Below, piece after piece: positions 1 to 13,090 of a stretch of DNA of 64,000 nt. Source of the DNA: Chrysomallon squamiferum (Eukaryota > Animalia > Mollusca); assembly GCA_012295275.1 (NCBI GenBank), contig CM022670.1:12834001-12898000 (forward strand), given 5' to 3'. The position numbers and the translations under genes are program-made. The notes under the pieces were generated by a model. It saw nothing but the letters and a program-made list of their open reading frames with translations, made no database searches and had not been told where the DNA came from. Positions within the stretch are counted from its first letter, which is position 1. Every line of letters begins with the position of its first letter.

Positions 1-615
1 ATTGTATTATTAGATAGCCTTGACTAGCACTAACATTGTATTATTATATAGCCTTGACTAGCACTAACATTGTATTATTATATAGTCTTGACTAGCACTA
101 ACATTGTATTAATATATAGTCTTGAATAGCACTAAGATCGTATCATTATATAGCCTTAACTAGCACTAACATTGTATTATTATATAGCCTTGAATAGCAC
201 TAAGATTGTATCATTAAATAGCCTTCACTAGCTATGCATTTGTATTATTATATAGCCTTCACTAGCATTAAGATTGTATTATTATATAACCTTGACTAGC
301 TCTAAAATTGTATTATTATATAGCCTTGACCAGCACTAAGATTGTATTATTAGATAGCCTTGTCTAGTACTAAGATTGTATTATTAGATAGCCTTGACTA
401 GCACTAAAAGTGTATTATTATATAGCCTTGACCAGCACTGAGATTGTATTATTATATAGCCTTGACTAGCTCTAAGATTGATTATTATATAGCCTAGATT
501 AGCACTAAGATTGTATTATTAGATAGCCTTGACTAGCTCTAAGATTGTATCATTATATAGCCTTGACTAGCACTAAGATTGTATTATTATGCAGCCTTGA
601 CTATCTCTAAGATTA
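1..615. repeat. 34-bp minisatellite, about 18 copies, truncated by the window start
   Basis: The unit ATTGTATTATTATATAGCCTTGACTAGCACTAA(C/G) repeats head-to-tail with scattered substitutions. Confidence 0.95.
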
Positions 616-1119
616 ATATTTCAGTATTTATCTCTTCTATATGTATTTCATCCACTGGTTACTTTCATTCTGATTAATTTGGTGTAAAAATCTATGTTAC
701 ACAAGTGGAAGGGGAGTTTTAATTTTTGACCGTGTGTTTGGCCTAGTACAAATGAATGATTTTTATCAATTTTTGTTTCTCATACTAAAAAGAAAAAGAA
801 AAATAGAAAATATATTTACAACACATATTATGACATATTATTAGGTCTATTTGTTTTGGGGGGTTTTTGTTGTTGTTTTTTTTGGTTTGTTTTGAGAGGT
901 CTTTTTTATTTGTTTTGGGGGATCTTTTTTATTTGTTTTGCATTAGGAATCGTATTATAGAAATTGCCCAAATATTTCTAATGCTCTAGAAATACAAATA
1001 ATTTAAGGCAACTATACCTGTATTAATAATTAAATGTTATGGACATTTATGTGTACTAGTAAACTAATTCATAATGCATACAAAAACCACTAAACCATTT
1101 TAAAATACATATCATAATT

Positions 1120-2430
1120 AAGAAATTTAAAAAAAGAAAAACGTAAATGAATTCGGTGAAATTCCTGTCATTTTACAAGGTAAAATGTTCTGGAGAGCAA
1201 TTTTCAAACCATTAGGTGGAAAAAAATTTAGCGGTGTCATAACGTTTTCATTATACTTCCCGTCTTTGAATCTTGATTGAAATATTTCATCTTTCTGCAA
1301 CTCAGTGAGGTACTGCCCCTTATAAACCATAGTCAGATTGTAAACATTTTGTCACAAACTGCCTATTCCCCAAGTTACCTTGTAACAAATGAAATTGCTA
1401 TATGGTTCACTTTGGCACTGACAGCGAAACTAAATAAATCATCGGATCAGTTCTTCAGAATTTCCTCTTTGGTTTTTTTTCCTGGGGTGTTTTTCTGAGC
1501 TGTTTTTAAGAAAATTCAAAGGAACTGCTCGTTTCCACTGATCATGGTGGCTATGTCCCTTTCATTCTAGCAAATGAAGACAGGGTAATATTAGTAAATT
1601 CATCTACCTGCAGATGAACTACTTCCTGACGGAAGAACAGCTCATTCATATTAACGCCTGGTGATTTGCTCAGTATGATAACGAACCATTTCCTGGAGTG
1701 GTGAAGTATATTCATGACATAAATGACCGTTATGCACCGAGATCATACCACGTGGATATGGCCGTTCAAGATATTCTGTTAAAGAATTGAAGAAAATGTT
1801 GATATGCTGCCCACCATGATCAGTGAAAGGGAAAGGAATGTTGCAAGGTTCTCCGATTTCGATACAAGGTCATAGTAATCCTTCACATATAGAAAGTGAT
1901 AAATTGAAATCAGGCAGGACTTTTCCCACCCGTCTGTTTTTAATGAATCAATAACATGATATCATCTATTTTTCTTAGTTGTGTAAATGGTTTGCATACC
2001 ATGGCTATTTAAAAATATAGATATAACAGTGCTGGTGCTCATTTGGACTGTTTTCAGACTTCAGCTTGACTGTTACTAGATGAACATAAACTTTCAGAAT
2101 ATTTGCAGCCTGTTGCAAGACAATGGATATACTGGTAAGTCCTTGGAGGTGTATTTAAATGTCTATCAAGGTTTAGATGAGTCATCGAATCCACATCGGT
2201 CTTGATCATGCGTTAAAAAGCTTTTTGTCATAACAGCAGTGAACCAGATTCTTCTTCCTATGGACACAGAACTTAAGTTTCTTATTCAGGGCCAAGTTCC
2301 TGGTGGTATGAGTCTAGCAATCCGGGCATTTAGAATGACCTCCAGCTTCTCTCTCAATCTGTCGCGGTGGAATTGCCCATATCTTTTGTCATCAGGTCAG
2401 AAGATGACGATGGGTCATGAATAAATTAAA
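1120..2430. mobile_element. Decayed coding-like relic, probably transposon-derived, family uncertain
   Basis: Higher-complexity, more GC/CpG-rich block with broken reading frames on both strands. The + strand at 1619-1648 reads LLPDGRTAHS, similar to the Pif1/Helitron helicase motif LLPGGRTAHS. No intact ORF and no Walker A motif seen. Confidence 0.35.
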
Positions 2431-3374
2431 CTGTCTGATGTAGATATAATAATTTATAAAACAAATTATTTATACTCGTCGCATTAGTTTTTTCATTTTC
2501 CCCCCACTTTTTTCTTAAGTTACTATTTTGTTTCAACAACAACAAAAAACTCCACTAATGTTAATATCATCATTGATAATACGTTTAATGTTTAAACACT
2601 CTTACCCACAGTTTTGCTTAACCGCAATACGAAAGTATTAACAAAAAATTACTCTACAGTCACTAAGTTGTATTTTTGTGGTGACAAAGGTTGACCCTGT
2701 GCTAAAATGCAGTAGCCAGAACATAATGTACGTGAATTTTAGAATAGTAGTACCTGTAGCTAAGGTTTCCTTTTTGAGGCTGAAATTACTTCATTTTAAT
2801 ATAAATGACCTGAACACCCTTTGTTACTGCGCATTCCGCTATCATAATTATACCTTCGGATAAGGAGGTTCAACATATATACTTTCTCACCAGTACGATT
2901 TATTGTAAAGATCAATTACAGACTATTGCACTCTATGTTAACTTCAAAAGATCAATGTAAATTTCTTTTTAATTACTTTACCCACTGACCTAACAATATA
3001 TTATTTAAAACATTAAATTAAAAGGTTACACGATTTGAACGTAGTTTGTCACAGTTATTTATTGTGTAACAAATCGTTTTTGTAAAAACATGTCACGTAA
3101 AGGCACCTTTAGAGTAGTAAACATTGGAATACGGAAAATCTAAAAATAGCGTGATGCTTTTCAAGTGCACCTAAAAATCCACATGGGCAAATACTAAAGC
3201 TGTTTCTGGACTAGATTACGTTCTGTTTTCAGTTTCCCTTCTGAATGTCAGACAAACTCGATGATACACCTCCAACAATTTAAGTCATTAAAGTAGAAAG
3301 CAGGGTCAGTAATTGATTTGCGAGATAACGTGTCCACAGAAAAACCAGGCTTAACTCCCTTGTTTATCTTCCAT

Positions 3375-3479
3375 TGACGTCAGTAGCTAAAGTGTGAATT
3401 AAAACGCCAAATATTTTCTCTTTTTCCTTTCCTTCCTTCTTTCTTTCTTTTTCTTTTCATTCTTTGTTTTTTGTTTTTT

Positions 3480-3519
<40 letters not shown>

Positions 3520-3895
3520 AAAAAATAACGATCGAATATTGTTTTGTTGTATTATTATTTTTTTTATTTGGTATGTTTTTTTTTTTTTTTTTTTTTTTTT
3601 TGTTTATTTGTTTGTTTGTTCTTTAATGGTAAATTAACAGTAAACACAATAAAATACTATCACATTTACAGAAACGATTAAAGTTTATTTTAAAACAGAA
3701 CGACGTCATTTTGTTTATATATGCATGTAGTTCCCTTTAAACAGCCAATGGAAACGTTCCTGTTAGCCTGTTCTTCCATGTTGCTCCTTTATTTTAAATA
3801 TTGACAAGGTGAGAACATCCCACACACGTACCTGATAATGACATTCTGGATTCTGTTTTTCAGACAGTTTGAGAAAAACACGCTGTAAGGTCCAG
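3375..3895 (+). promoter_or_regulatory. Possible promoter with short 5' exon(s)
   Basis: Full CRE TGACGTCA 3375-3382, GACGTCA 3702-3708, CCAAT 3745-3749. Donor-like AAG|GTGAGA after 3808, acceptor-like TTCTGTTTTTCAG before 3864, strong donor CAG|GTAAGC after 3895. CpG is retained locally. Confidence 0.25.
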
Positions 3896-4535
3896 GTAAG
3901 CATAATGTCTCTACAATTAACTCATTTTATGCTTTAACTGCGGTTAAATTTAATTTTAGTTCTTCTGTTGATTAGATTTAGTTAAACAACGGTTTCTTTT
4001 ATTACAAAATTTATATATTTTTGTTTTGTTTAATTTAAAAAAAAAATATATATATATATATATATTTGTTTTATTTTGCTGTTTTTTATTTTTTTATTTG
4101 CTTGTTTACTTATATGCATTAATATGTGTGTATGCATGCGTTGAAATATAATGTAATACGCATTTTCGCACAAAAGCATTTTGTACCACATACGATGTAT
4201 TTCAGTATATAAAGACATGGGCCTACATGTTTGTTTGTCTATTCAGGCAGGTAAAAATGCTTTTAGGAAAGTTATGTGTGAATCATATACATTAAAAACT
4301 ACAAAGGGCTAAAAATAATGTAAGGACTAGGAGAGGACATCACAGAACAGTACACAAATCCCTGAACAGTGTATGAATGCACGTTCATGTTTTACAATAG
4401 CGGAAAACCTGAATCACTGAGTATTTCATTCTAAGTTCAAATACTCGACCTGTACAGATTGTATATATTATGTAGGTATGTTTTGCTTTTTCTTATCTTT
4501 CCTTTCCTTTCTTTCTTTCCTATTATTGTTGTTGA

Positions 4536-4566
<31 letters not shown>

Positions 4567-4737
4567 ATTATTATTATTATTATTTCTTTATTTATATATT
4601 ATTTTATATATTTATTCCTTCTTTCTATTTTTCATCATTTCTTTTTATATTAATTTTAAAATTAATTATGGAACTTTTAATTTCTTTTTTCATATTTTGT
4701 TATGAGGATTTTTGTTATTATTAAAAAAAAATTCCAG

Positions 4738-4749
4738 AGTGTGTGTGTG

Positions 4750-4792
<43 letters not shown>

Positions 4793-4881
4793 CGCATTTT
4801 TGTGCTAGTATATATTTACAGTTATTATGAATCATGTATGATATATATGCAGGTAGGTAGGTAATTGGTAGGTGTGTGGTA

Positions 4882-4941
<60 letters not shown>

Positions 4942-5346
4942 AGTGTGTGTTTCTGTAAAATGTAAAGTAAAGGCCTTTTGAAACATTTGATATGCATAGT
5001 TGCATGCATAAATACATATACAAACAACGCAAACATACAATAAACTTTTGTGAAATATGTTTACGTTGGCCCTGCCTACCTAAATCTACATTGCTACCGA
5101 CAGGGATATGATCTGAATTTCAGTTTTAAAGAAAAAAGTAATAATTTTAAAAAATCGTTAAAAAGTAGGTAAACAAAAATATTTTTAGATACCAGTAATC
5201 AAAAAATAATATGAAAAACTTAATGAAAGAAAAATATATATGTAAAAATTAAAAAATAATAATAAAAAATAAAATTATAATAATAAATAGGAATAAAAAA
5301 AAGATTATGTCACAGTAACTTTATTGTAGAAAGACCATAAAAAATG

Positions 5347-5385
<39 letters not shown>

Positions 5386-5402
5386 ACAAACACACAGTGT
5401 AT

Positions 5403-5475
<73 letters not shown>
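4738..5475. repeat. Three (GT)n microsatellites (about 4738-4786, 4884-4935, 5406-5475)
   Basis: Direct reading of the dinucleotide runs. Confidence 0.95.
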
Positions 5476-5477
<2 letters not shown>

Positions 5478-6201
5478 GTACGTTTAAGTGTATATGTATC
5501 TATTTATTTGCATGGGTGTGTATGTGAAAATTCAGTATATTATTTTGAAAAAAAAAAAAGGGTTAAAAAAAGGAAATTGTGACTTCAGTTAATGGCACAG
5601 CAAAGTATTCCGAACACCATGAACGAAATTAAACACATATAAGCGAGGACGCATGAAGGAAAGAATTAATGAAAGCGAAAGGAAAAAACCAAAATTAAAA
5701 ATTAAAAAATTACAAATTTGAATCAGTTAAAAAATAAAACAAAAAAAGTTCAAAGAAAAGAAAAAAGAAACAAATTTAAAAATAAAGAAATTAGAAAAGA
5801 AATTTTTATTACTATATAAAATGAAGTATCAATTATCCTTTTTGCTGGGGTTTTTTTTTGCTGTTTTTTTTAAATTATTTTTATTATTTTTTCCCTTTCT
5901 CTCTCTTACCATTATTTATATTAATTCTCTTTCACCTTACTCGCCTTTCTCTTTTGAAAATCTTGTCGAGAATAAAATAAATCATGTTAATGGAGAAATT
6001 CAAGAAATTATCCTATCCTCTTCTAAGACGTTTCGAATCCAATAAACAAAACGTGTAATATTATACCCAGGACAGGACGCGATAAGCTGTTATTTATTGT
6101 CTATGGCGGCTTTCTAATTACGGTGTCTTTCAGAAGAACTTCCAGTTCATGAACATAAATTATGATTACACAAAGGAAACAGAAAAAGTTAAACGGGTAA
6201 C

Positions 6202-6204
6202 AAA

Positions 6205-6247
<43 letters not shown>

Positions 6248-6334
6248 CAGAGACTTTAAAGACAGTAATAAAGTCGTAGTGGTCGCAGCAGGAGTAGTAT
6301 TCGTTGTGGTAATCGAAAGTGTAGCAGTAGTAGC

Positions 6335-6382
<48 letters not shown>
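6202..6382. repeat. (AAAT)n followed by (TAG)n microsatellites
   Basis: Direct reading. They explain the poly-V and poly-Y ORFs in the track. Confidence 0.9.
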
Positions 6383-6383
<1 letters not shown>

Positions 6384-6866
6384 ACAGATGCTGCTGTTGT
6401 AAGAGTAGTGGTCGAATTGGCACCAAAGGTTGCTAATGCTGAAATGAATGGTAAGAAATTTTGTGATTATTAATTTTATTACCATTTTATTTTAAATCAT
6501 ACGATATTATTATCTGATGATACCTTTTTTTTTTATAATACTAGGCCATACCCGCAAGAATTAGCCTAATGGTCAGAGGTCATTTTTACTGCAGGTATTC
6601 GATATGCTTCATGTTGGAGTTGTGTGAAATACATTAATTGTCGCATTGTCAAACTGTCAGTAGCTGACAGTTTCATTTGTCTTGTTTTTTTTTTTTTTTA
6701 TAATGCTTTCAAATGCCCCTGACGATGTAAAGTCTTATTTTTCAAGTAAGGAATAGATGGTGAACGGAAACTGATAAGCAGAAACAACAACCAAACAATC
6801 TAATCTACGGACACGCGAGAGTTTGCTGTGTCGTCTGCTTTTACATACTGTAAAAACTGGAGAGAG

Positions 6867-6918
<52 letters not shown>

Positions 6919-7059
6919 GAAAAAGAAAGAAAGAAAAAAAAATAAGTAAGGAAGAAAAAGCCTAAGCACACTTGAGTCATACTCTTTTTTCAAAGGCAGA
7001 GAATATATCTAAAAAAAAAAGGTCCCTGATTTTTCGTTACAATAAGCAGGTAATATATT

Positions 7060-7171
7060 ATGCTTGAAGCGTTTTGTCAGGCTACGCGAAAAGGCACCTT
7101 ATCTGACTGTTCAGTGACACAGTCGAGCCTCGTTACAAACGTGTGCAAGAAGAACTCGAAAGTTATTCGAG
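7060..7171 (+). CDS. Candidate additional alternative first coding exon of the spectraplakin (MLEAFCQATRKGTLSDCSVTQSSLVTNVCKKNSKVIR-D)
   Basis: ATG-initiated open frame of 37 codons + 1 nt in a CpG-rich patch, ending at CGAG|GTAGGG. Phase 1 matches the 17011 acceptor. No recognisable homology. Confidence 0.25.
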
Positions 7172-7204
7172 GTAGGGTATACTTTTCGTTTCTGCTTTTT
7201 GAAC

Positions 7205-7240
<36 letters not shown>

Positions 7241-7465
7241 ATCTGTATTGATATCATTTTGAGTCTTGTCAGATTGTATGTGCATATCGATACATGTAAT
7301 GTGTGGTTTTCTGTGGGGAATAGGATTATCCTGTATGAGTTTGTGCATGATCATTTATAGAATTTATAGGGTATTCGAAAAATGAGCGATATTTTGGCCA
7401 GTTTTTTTTCAAAAAATGACTCTCAGAATGAGATACTAAATTAATTAAATAAATAAAGAAAGAAA

Positions 7466-7503
<38 letters not shown>

Positions 7504-7549
7504 GCGGGATTTTGATTAGTTTGGAAAGGATGTCTGGTTTTTATTTGTA

Positions 7550-7611
<62 letters not shown>

Positions 7612-9183
7612 GTTACTTATGTATTTTGGTATTAAAAAAAGAAGTTAAAAAGAAAACCTTCATCTTGGCCATGGTTGACGCCTAAATTTGTCTGAAAAAC
7701 TTGATCCACCCAGTCTAATGGCGTAACTATTTCACAGCCAGTTAATATTATAAATCTATTCAGTGAATTAAATAATAGCATCATCTTTTCCTTTCAATTT
7801 CAAGGTGCAGAAAGCATTCAGACTGTTGGTGTCAAATGCAACGCGAAAAGATTCTGAATGAAAGTGGTTACAAACATCTGGTTTTAATTCACTAAACCAG
7901 AAACCTAGGAATTTATATCTATTTATATATTTATTATATTTCTAGCCATGCGTGGCTATAACTTACCCATTAAATAAATGTATGCGTTATCACAAAGGCA
8001 CATGCACCGACTATAATTGTAACTGGTACCCTTTTTCGTTGAAACGTACAAAAGTGAACGAGTTTCATTATTTTCGTATGTATAATGCTAATATGAAAAT
8101 AACAACGAACACGTGAAACAGAAAAACAAAAAGAAAACAAAAAAAGAGCAAATACTGCATGATGCATATCATAATAAAATACAGCGGAGTATTTTTATTT
8201 CTTCTTATAGTTAAAGCTTTAAAGAATATTTGCTAAACTTGACATAATCAAAACAAAAGTCTATATGAACTGAGTCTTCGTGTATTGTTTTGTTGTTGCC
8301 TTTTTTCTTTTTCCCCCCTTTCTTTACTTTTTTCGTTCTTTTTTGAATTATTTCGGATTAATTCAGCTTAATAGTTATAAGAGGCATCTATATGTTTGTT
8401 TTTTTATTTATTTACTATTAACGAGTATCTGAAATAATAATAATAATATGAGAGAGAGGGGTGGGTAAAATAAATAAATAAACAAATAAGCAAACAGTGT
8501 ATTATTATCTGATTTATATTTTTAAGTTCAGACCAACCTTGAGTATCTCAGCTAATTAGACATCAGCATGCACAACATTAGAATGAATTAAATTAATATA
8601 TCTTACCACTGTTAGCAGTTAGGTGTTTTACAGTGTGATTTGGAAGGCAAGTTCTAAGCGAAATCAAAAGATTCACTTTGTTATACATACCTTAATTACG
8701 TTGACTAATACACTGGTACGACACAACTTTCCTTTCTGAAAATTCACTGACGACAAATATTGATTTTTCAAATGCAAACATTTTCCATTTGTTGTAATAG
8801 CAGGATATGGTAACAGCCTTTTCTATCGTTCGTTGTTGTAAGTTCAGCTGCAATAATGATTTAAATATAGATTTTAAAAATATTTTAAAACAGTGAAGTA
8901 GAAAGGATCAGCTAATAAAAAGATTAGTTTTAAATAATTGAAGAAAATTAATTATACACAATAATACTATTTCAGTAAATATTTTGAATGATATTTAATT
9001 TTTTTTTTATTTATTTATTTATTTATTTTTTATTATTATTTCAATTCAGTTATTTTCTTCTTTGTTTTTTGTTTTGCTTATGTTCTTTTGAAAAAAGATT
9101 AGCGGAAATGGTCTATTTTTCTTTTCCTTTGATCTACACCGGTGGCATGTCTGCCCTCTGTGACATCATTTGCGGTGAATTTG

Positions 9184-9587
9184 ATTGGTTAAATTGCGAG
9201 TGCACGAGCATTATTGATCAACAACCGCTATTCCCAGAATTAGCCTCACACCCTTGTGTAAACTGATATTTAGTTAAAGTGATACATATTGTCGTTTGAC
9301 AGTCATCAAATTATGAAATGTTTATAAAATATGAAATATATTAATAGATATTCTGCATAAGCTATGAAGTATGATGAATGATATTTACATTTCAAATCGA
9401 AGATGACATATTGTTTCACAAAAGCGTGCTAGAATTAGTGTCTATTTGCATTCTGAACCATTGACTAAGGGAGATAATGCTGCTTATTTAGTGTCCCGTC
9501 AGGCGGCCATGTTCTGTTATTCCTGTGCTTTAGAGTAGAAAAAAAAAAAAAATGCTATGTAGAAAAATTGTAAATACAGAATTTTAG
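9184..9587 (+). promoter_or_regulatory. Putative promoter and non-coding first exon
   Basis: Reverse CCAAT (ATTGG 9184-9188), YY1-type motif GGCGGCCATGTT 9502-9513, consensus donor TAG|GTAAGT after 9587. It lies at the end of the CpG-retaining zone, 1.2 kb upstream of a strong acceptor before 10776. Confidence 0.5.
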
Positions 9588-10868
9588 GTAAGTACATATT
9601 TTTTGGTGTGTGAAAACAGCTTTATTGGTTATTTTTATTTATTTATCTATATATTTTGTTGCTTATTTTTACGTCCGCGATTTTGTTAGAATTTATTATC
9701 GACTACATCATCACAGACATGTTTCTTCAGACATGATGCCGGCGTGAATAGTAACATTTGGTAAAATATTTTTGCATTGATGTATGATCTGATATTTTAA
9801 TTTTCAGACAATTTATTTCAAGTCTCAAATTCTTCACCACATGTAACACTTAACAGTCGATGTTTGTAGCTGGTTTCAAATATAGTCATAATTTTGACAT
9901 TCGGTTTGACGTTTATGTCAGAATGTTTGTATGGTCTTTGGCTAGTCTATTGCAGTGGTGATGTTCGGTGCCGAAAATGTCTGCAGATGTTTCTTTACCA
10001 ATGCATACAATGTATGGCACAAATATGGAAAAATAAGATTTCATTATCTTTACATAATTATTGTATTTTTAGTAATTTATTTTAGAAATTCATTACATTA
10101 TTTTATTTTACTTTAATATATATAATATATATATATATTATTATATATATTTTGACATTCTTATAATATGTTGATGTGTCATACTTATAGTCAGGAATAT
10201 ATTTAGTATCTGCAATTTGGCCATTCCAAAGCTGGAAGTGCATAAAATAACAAAAAATAAAAACAAACAATAAATAATAATTAAAATCTACTGTGACAAT
10301 ATTTAATAAATCATATACTCAGGAACAAAGAATATAAGTCTTGAAAATGATGTATTATAAAAATATAGTTATTAATTGTCATCATTCAGTTTTCTTTGTA
10401 AATGAAATCCAGTGTATTCCTTTTCAGCAAGATTCCATTTTTAATAAAAGCCATTGAAGATGCTTTCTTGTCAATTGCAAAAAACTTTCAACGTGTATTT
10501 TGTTTTTGTTTAGTCTCAATACTTTTTAGTTAACAGTATAAGATGCTGGCAGTTAGAACTTTGATTGTGTATCTCACAATATTAAAATTCATACTTAAAA
10601 CATTTAGTAACTTAAAATAAAAACTGTGTTGAAGATTTATTAAATATTGATATGTTTATTTTCACTTTATATATGATACATAAGTAACATATACTTCAAA
10701 ATTGAAATTTGGAAATTATTTTATCATAATGATATATCCAATTTTTTTTTTATTTTTTTTTTTTTTTTTTCACAGATGGATAATACACATTTTGAAAGAA
10801 GATGGAAATTCATATGTGGACATTTAGTGACAGTGTTGTAACTTAACTTTTTATGCTGTGTAAGAACA

Positions 10869-10983
10869 ATGGATAAAATAGCATGGGAAACTCACAAACA
10901 GTATCCTCAGGAGGATTACGATTCATTACCTCTTTGTATTCTACAGTTAGACCCTGCAGATAGAGCTGTCATCAGAATAGCAG
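10869..10983 (+). CDS. shot: Spectraplakin alternative N-terminal coding exon A (MDKIAWETHKQYPQEDYDSLPLCILQLDPADRAVIRIA-D); the exon probably starts at 10776
   Basis: LDPADRAVIRIA matches the LDPAERAV(I/L)RIA motif that precedes DERD in plectin, dystonin and MACF1. Phase-1 donor GCAG|GTATGA. Poly-T + CACAG acceptor before 10776. Confidence 0.88.
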
Positions 10984-12987
10984 GTATGACTTTATAATTT
11001 CAGTTACATGTATTTAACTCAACCAATTTTAGTAAAACATTTGCCTTTATATTCTGCCTGTTGTTGTGTATGCATGTCCAGTATACTGTTAAAACTAGAA
11101 ACTGGATAAATAAAATGTTTAGTTAAAATTTTTCTCTACCTGAGCATATTTTTGAAGCATTTCTTATTTCTGCAAAATACAGTTTTTTATTTCTCCAAAT
11201 GACACCAAAAACCAAAACATTTTAACTGCATATTTTACATTTATTTTTATTCATGTGAAAATATTAGTTTATTGCAACATAATCATATAATGGCTATGCT
11301 TTATCCTCAATTCTTTGAAATTATTGTGAGATCACTCAGTCATTTCACATAAAAAGTTATATTTGACATAAAAACGCTGCTGTTTTCATGTTTTATATTT
11401 TACCTGTTGTAGCCAGAAAAGTATGCCTGAAAGTATCCAAAACTTGTAAACTGTGAAAAAAAAACTTTACTTATAATTTGTACATTTATTTTTTGTATGT
11501 GTGTTTTTTTTTTTATTTCTTCAAATATTGGAAATGGAAGCTGTTATATATAATTATGTGCTTGTAAACATTTTTTTTCACTTGCTGGAAAGTTGACTAG
11601 CAGACATTACTTTTGGCTGAACCACTGTATATTAATGAATGCATGTGCTGCTAACTAACATATACTGTAAAATATAAAAAGCAGTGTTTTATTCTTTCAT
11701 GTTTGATTATATCATACATTACATTTAAATACAATGGTGTGTGTGTGTGTGTATGTATATATATAAGATTTTAAATTTACATCTGTTTACTTTTAAAAAT
11801 AAAGATTAATTTCTAACAAACATTTTAACTAAATTATATTTGCTGTTTGAACAATAGTTAACTTTTTGTTAATGACAACACCAAAAAAATTAAAAATAAA
11901 TAAAATATAAAAGAAAATAAAACAAAACATGTCTGTCTAAATAATTATAGTTTGGCATGTATTGTGTGGTAAACGTGAGAAAATAGACTTGTGCACTTAT
12001 TCTATGCCAAAAAACTGTATAAACACTTCATTCCATATCTTTCTTTTCCCCACCTTTATTTTTTTCCTGCAGTTAATAGTGTATGTACATGTCTGTCTGT
12101 ATGTATGTATGTATGTAAATAATTATGTATGTGGCTTGGTGATACATGGCTGTTTAAAAGATGTCATGGCTGGCTGAACAGGTTTGATAATATGCTGTAG
12201 ATCATGACGTGGTAGGTCAGTCCACACTGTGACAAGATTCAGTGTGAGTACATGGAGGGGTGCAGTAAGCTGTGTAAAGCCACCAGATTGTCAGGCTAAC
12301 CTATACTGTACTGTACCTGCCAAAAGCAGAACACTGTGCTATTTATATAATATCCATTGATACTGCCTAAGTGTGTGTATGTGTGTGTGTGTATTGGCAG
12401 CCATACAATCCACTGGCAGTCCTGTGAATACATGTGCCTTTTAAAACTGAACATTCCTGCTGGGAAGGACAACGTTTGCTAGGCATCAGGTGAACTAAGT
12501 AATCTAACAGGCCCAACAAGTAGATATATACACGTTCTACATTTTAATGTGGGAGAAACATGTTGGTGAAATGGCCTGACTTTTCGGAGATGTTAACTTC
12601 ACCTACCTGTAATCCTGTGTGACATGGAAAAAAAGAACTGCTACAGCACCCAGAGTCTGGATATATAACAGCTTAAGTCAGGGTGTTGGTTCTGTTTGCT
12701 TTGAGAACTCGCATACTTTCACCTGTGCTGGCCAAACAGTGTCGATGATCTACCAAGGCTGAACTGGGTATTTCTGTTTTACTGTCCAGGGCAAAATTAA
12801 CATCAGTGTTACAAAGTGAAATAAACAGTATAGAGAGGACATCTGTTAAATTATTTTTGGTCTATGGATTTATACATTCTTAATTTTGATTAATTTTGAC
12901 TTGTTTGAAGAATAATAGAGCTTAAAATTTCTGGGAAACAGACTTAATGAAAGATAAATGAAACATCTGGTGCAGCTGTGGTAAGCC

Positions 12988-13090
12988 ATGTCATTTTCAA
13001 ACGGTTATGGATTTATTCCTGTGGAAGATGTCACTGTTCTCCCTGACACACCCATGTCATGGTATGAACAGAATCGACTTAAAGATACAG
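12988..13090 (+). CDS. shot: Spectraplakin alternative N-terminal coding exon B (MSFSNGYGFIPVEDVTVLPDTPMSWYEQNRLKDT-D)
   Basis: GCCATG start context, 34 open codons + 1 nt, donor ACAG|GTAGGA. Phase 1 is in frame with the 17011 exon. Some CpG recovery at 12.2-13.1 kb. Confidence 0.72.

Noticed and set aside
1-615. CRISPR-like regular array of about 34 bp
   Set aside because: Units are contiguous with no unique spacers, the context is eukaryotic, and there are no cas genes. It is a minisatellite.
4030-6980. Numerous ORFs rich in poly-V/L/Y/F or HT/CV repeats, with similar ones near 27.6-28.1, 32.4, 35.9, 50.7 and 60 kb
   Set aside because: They are open only because they run through microsatellites and homopolymers.
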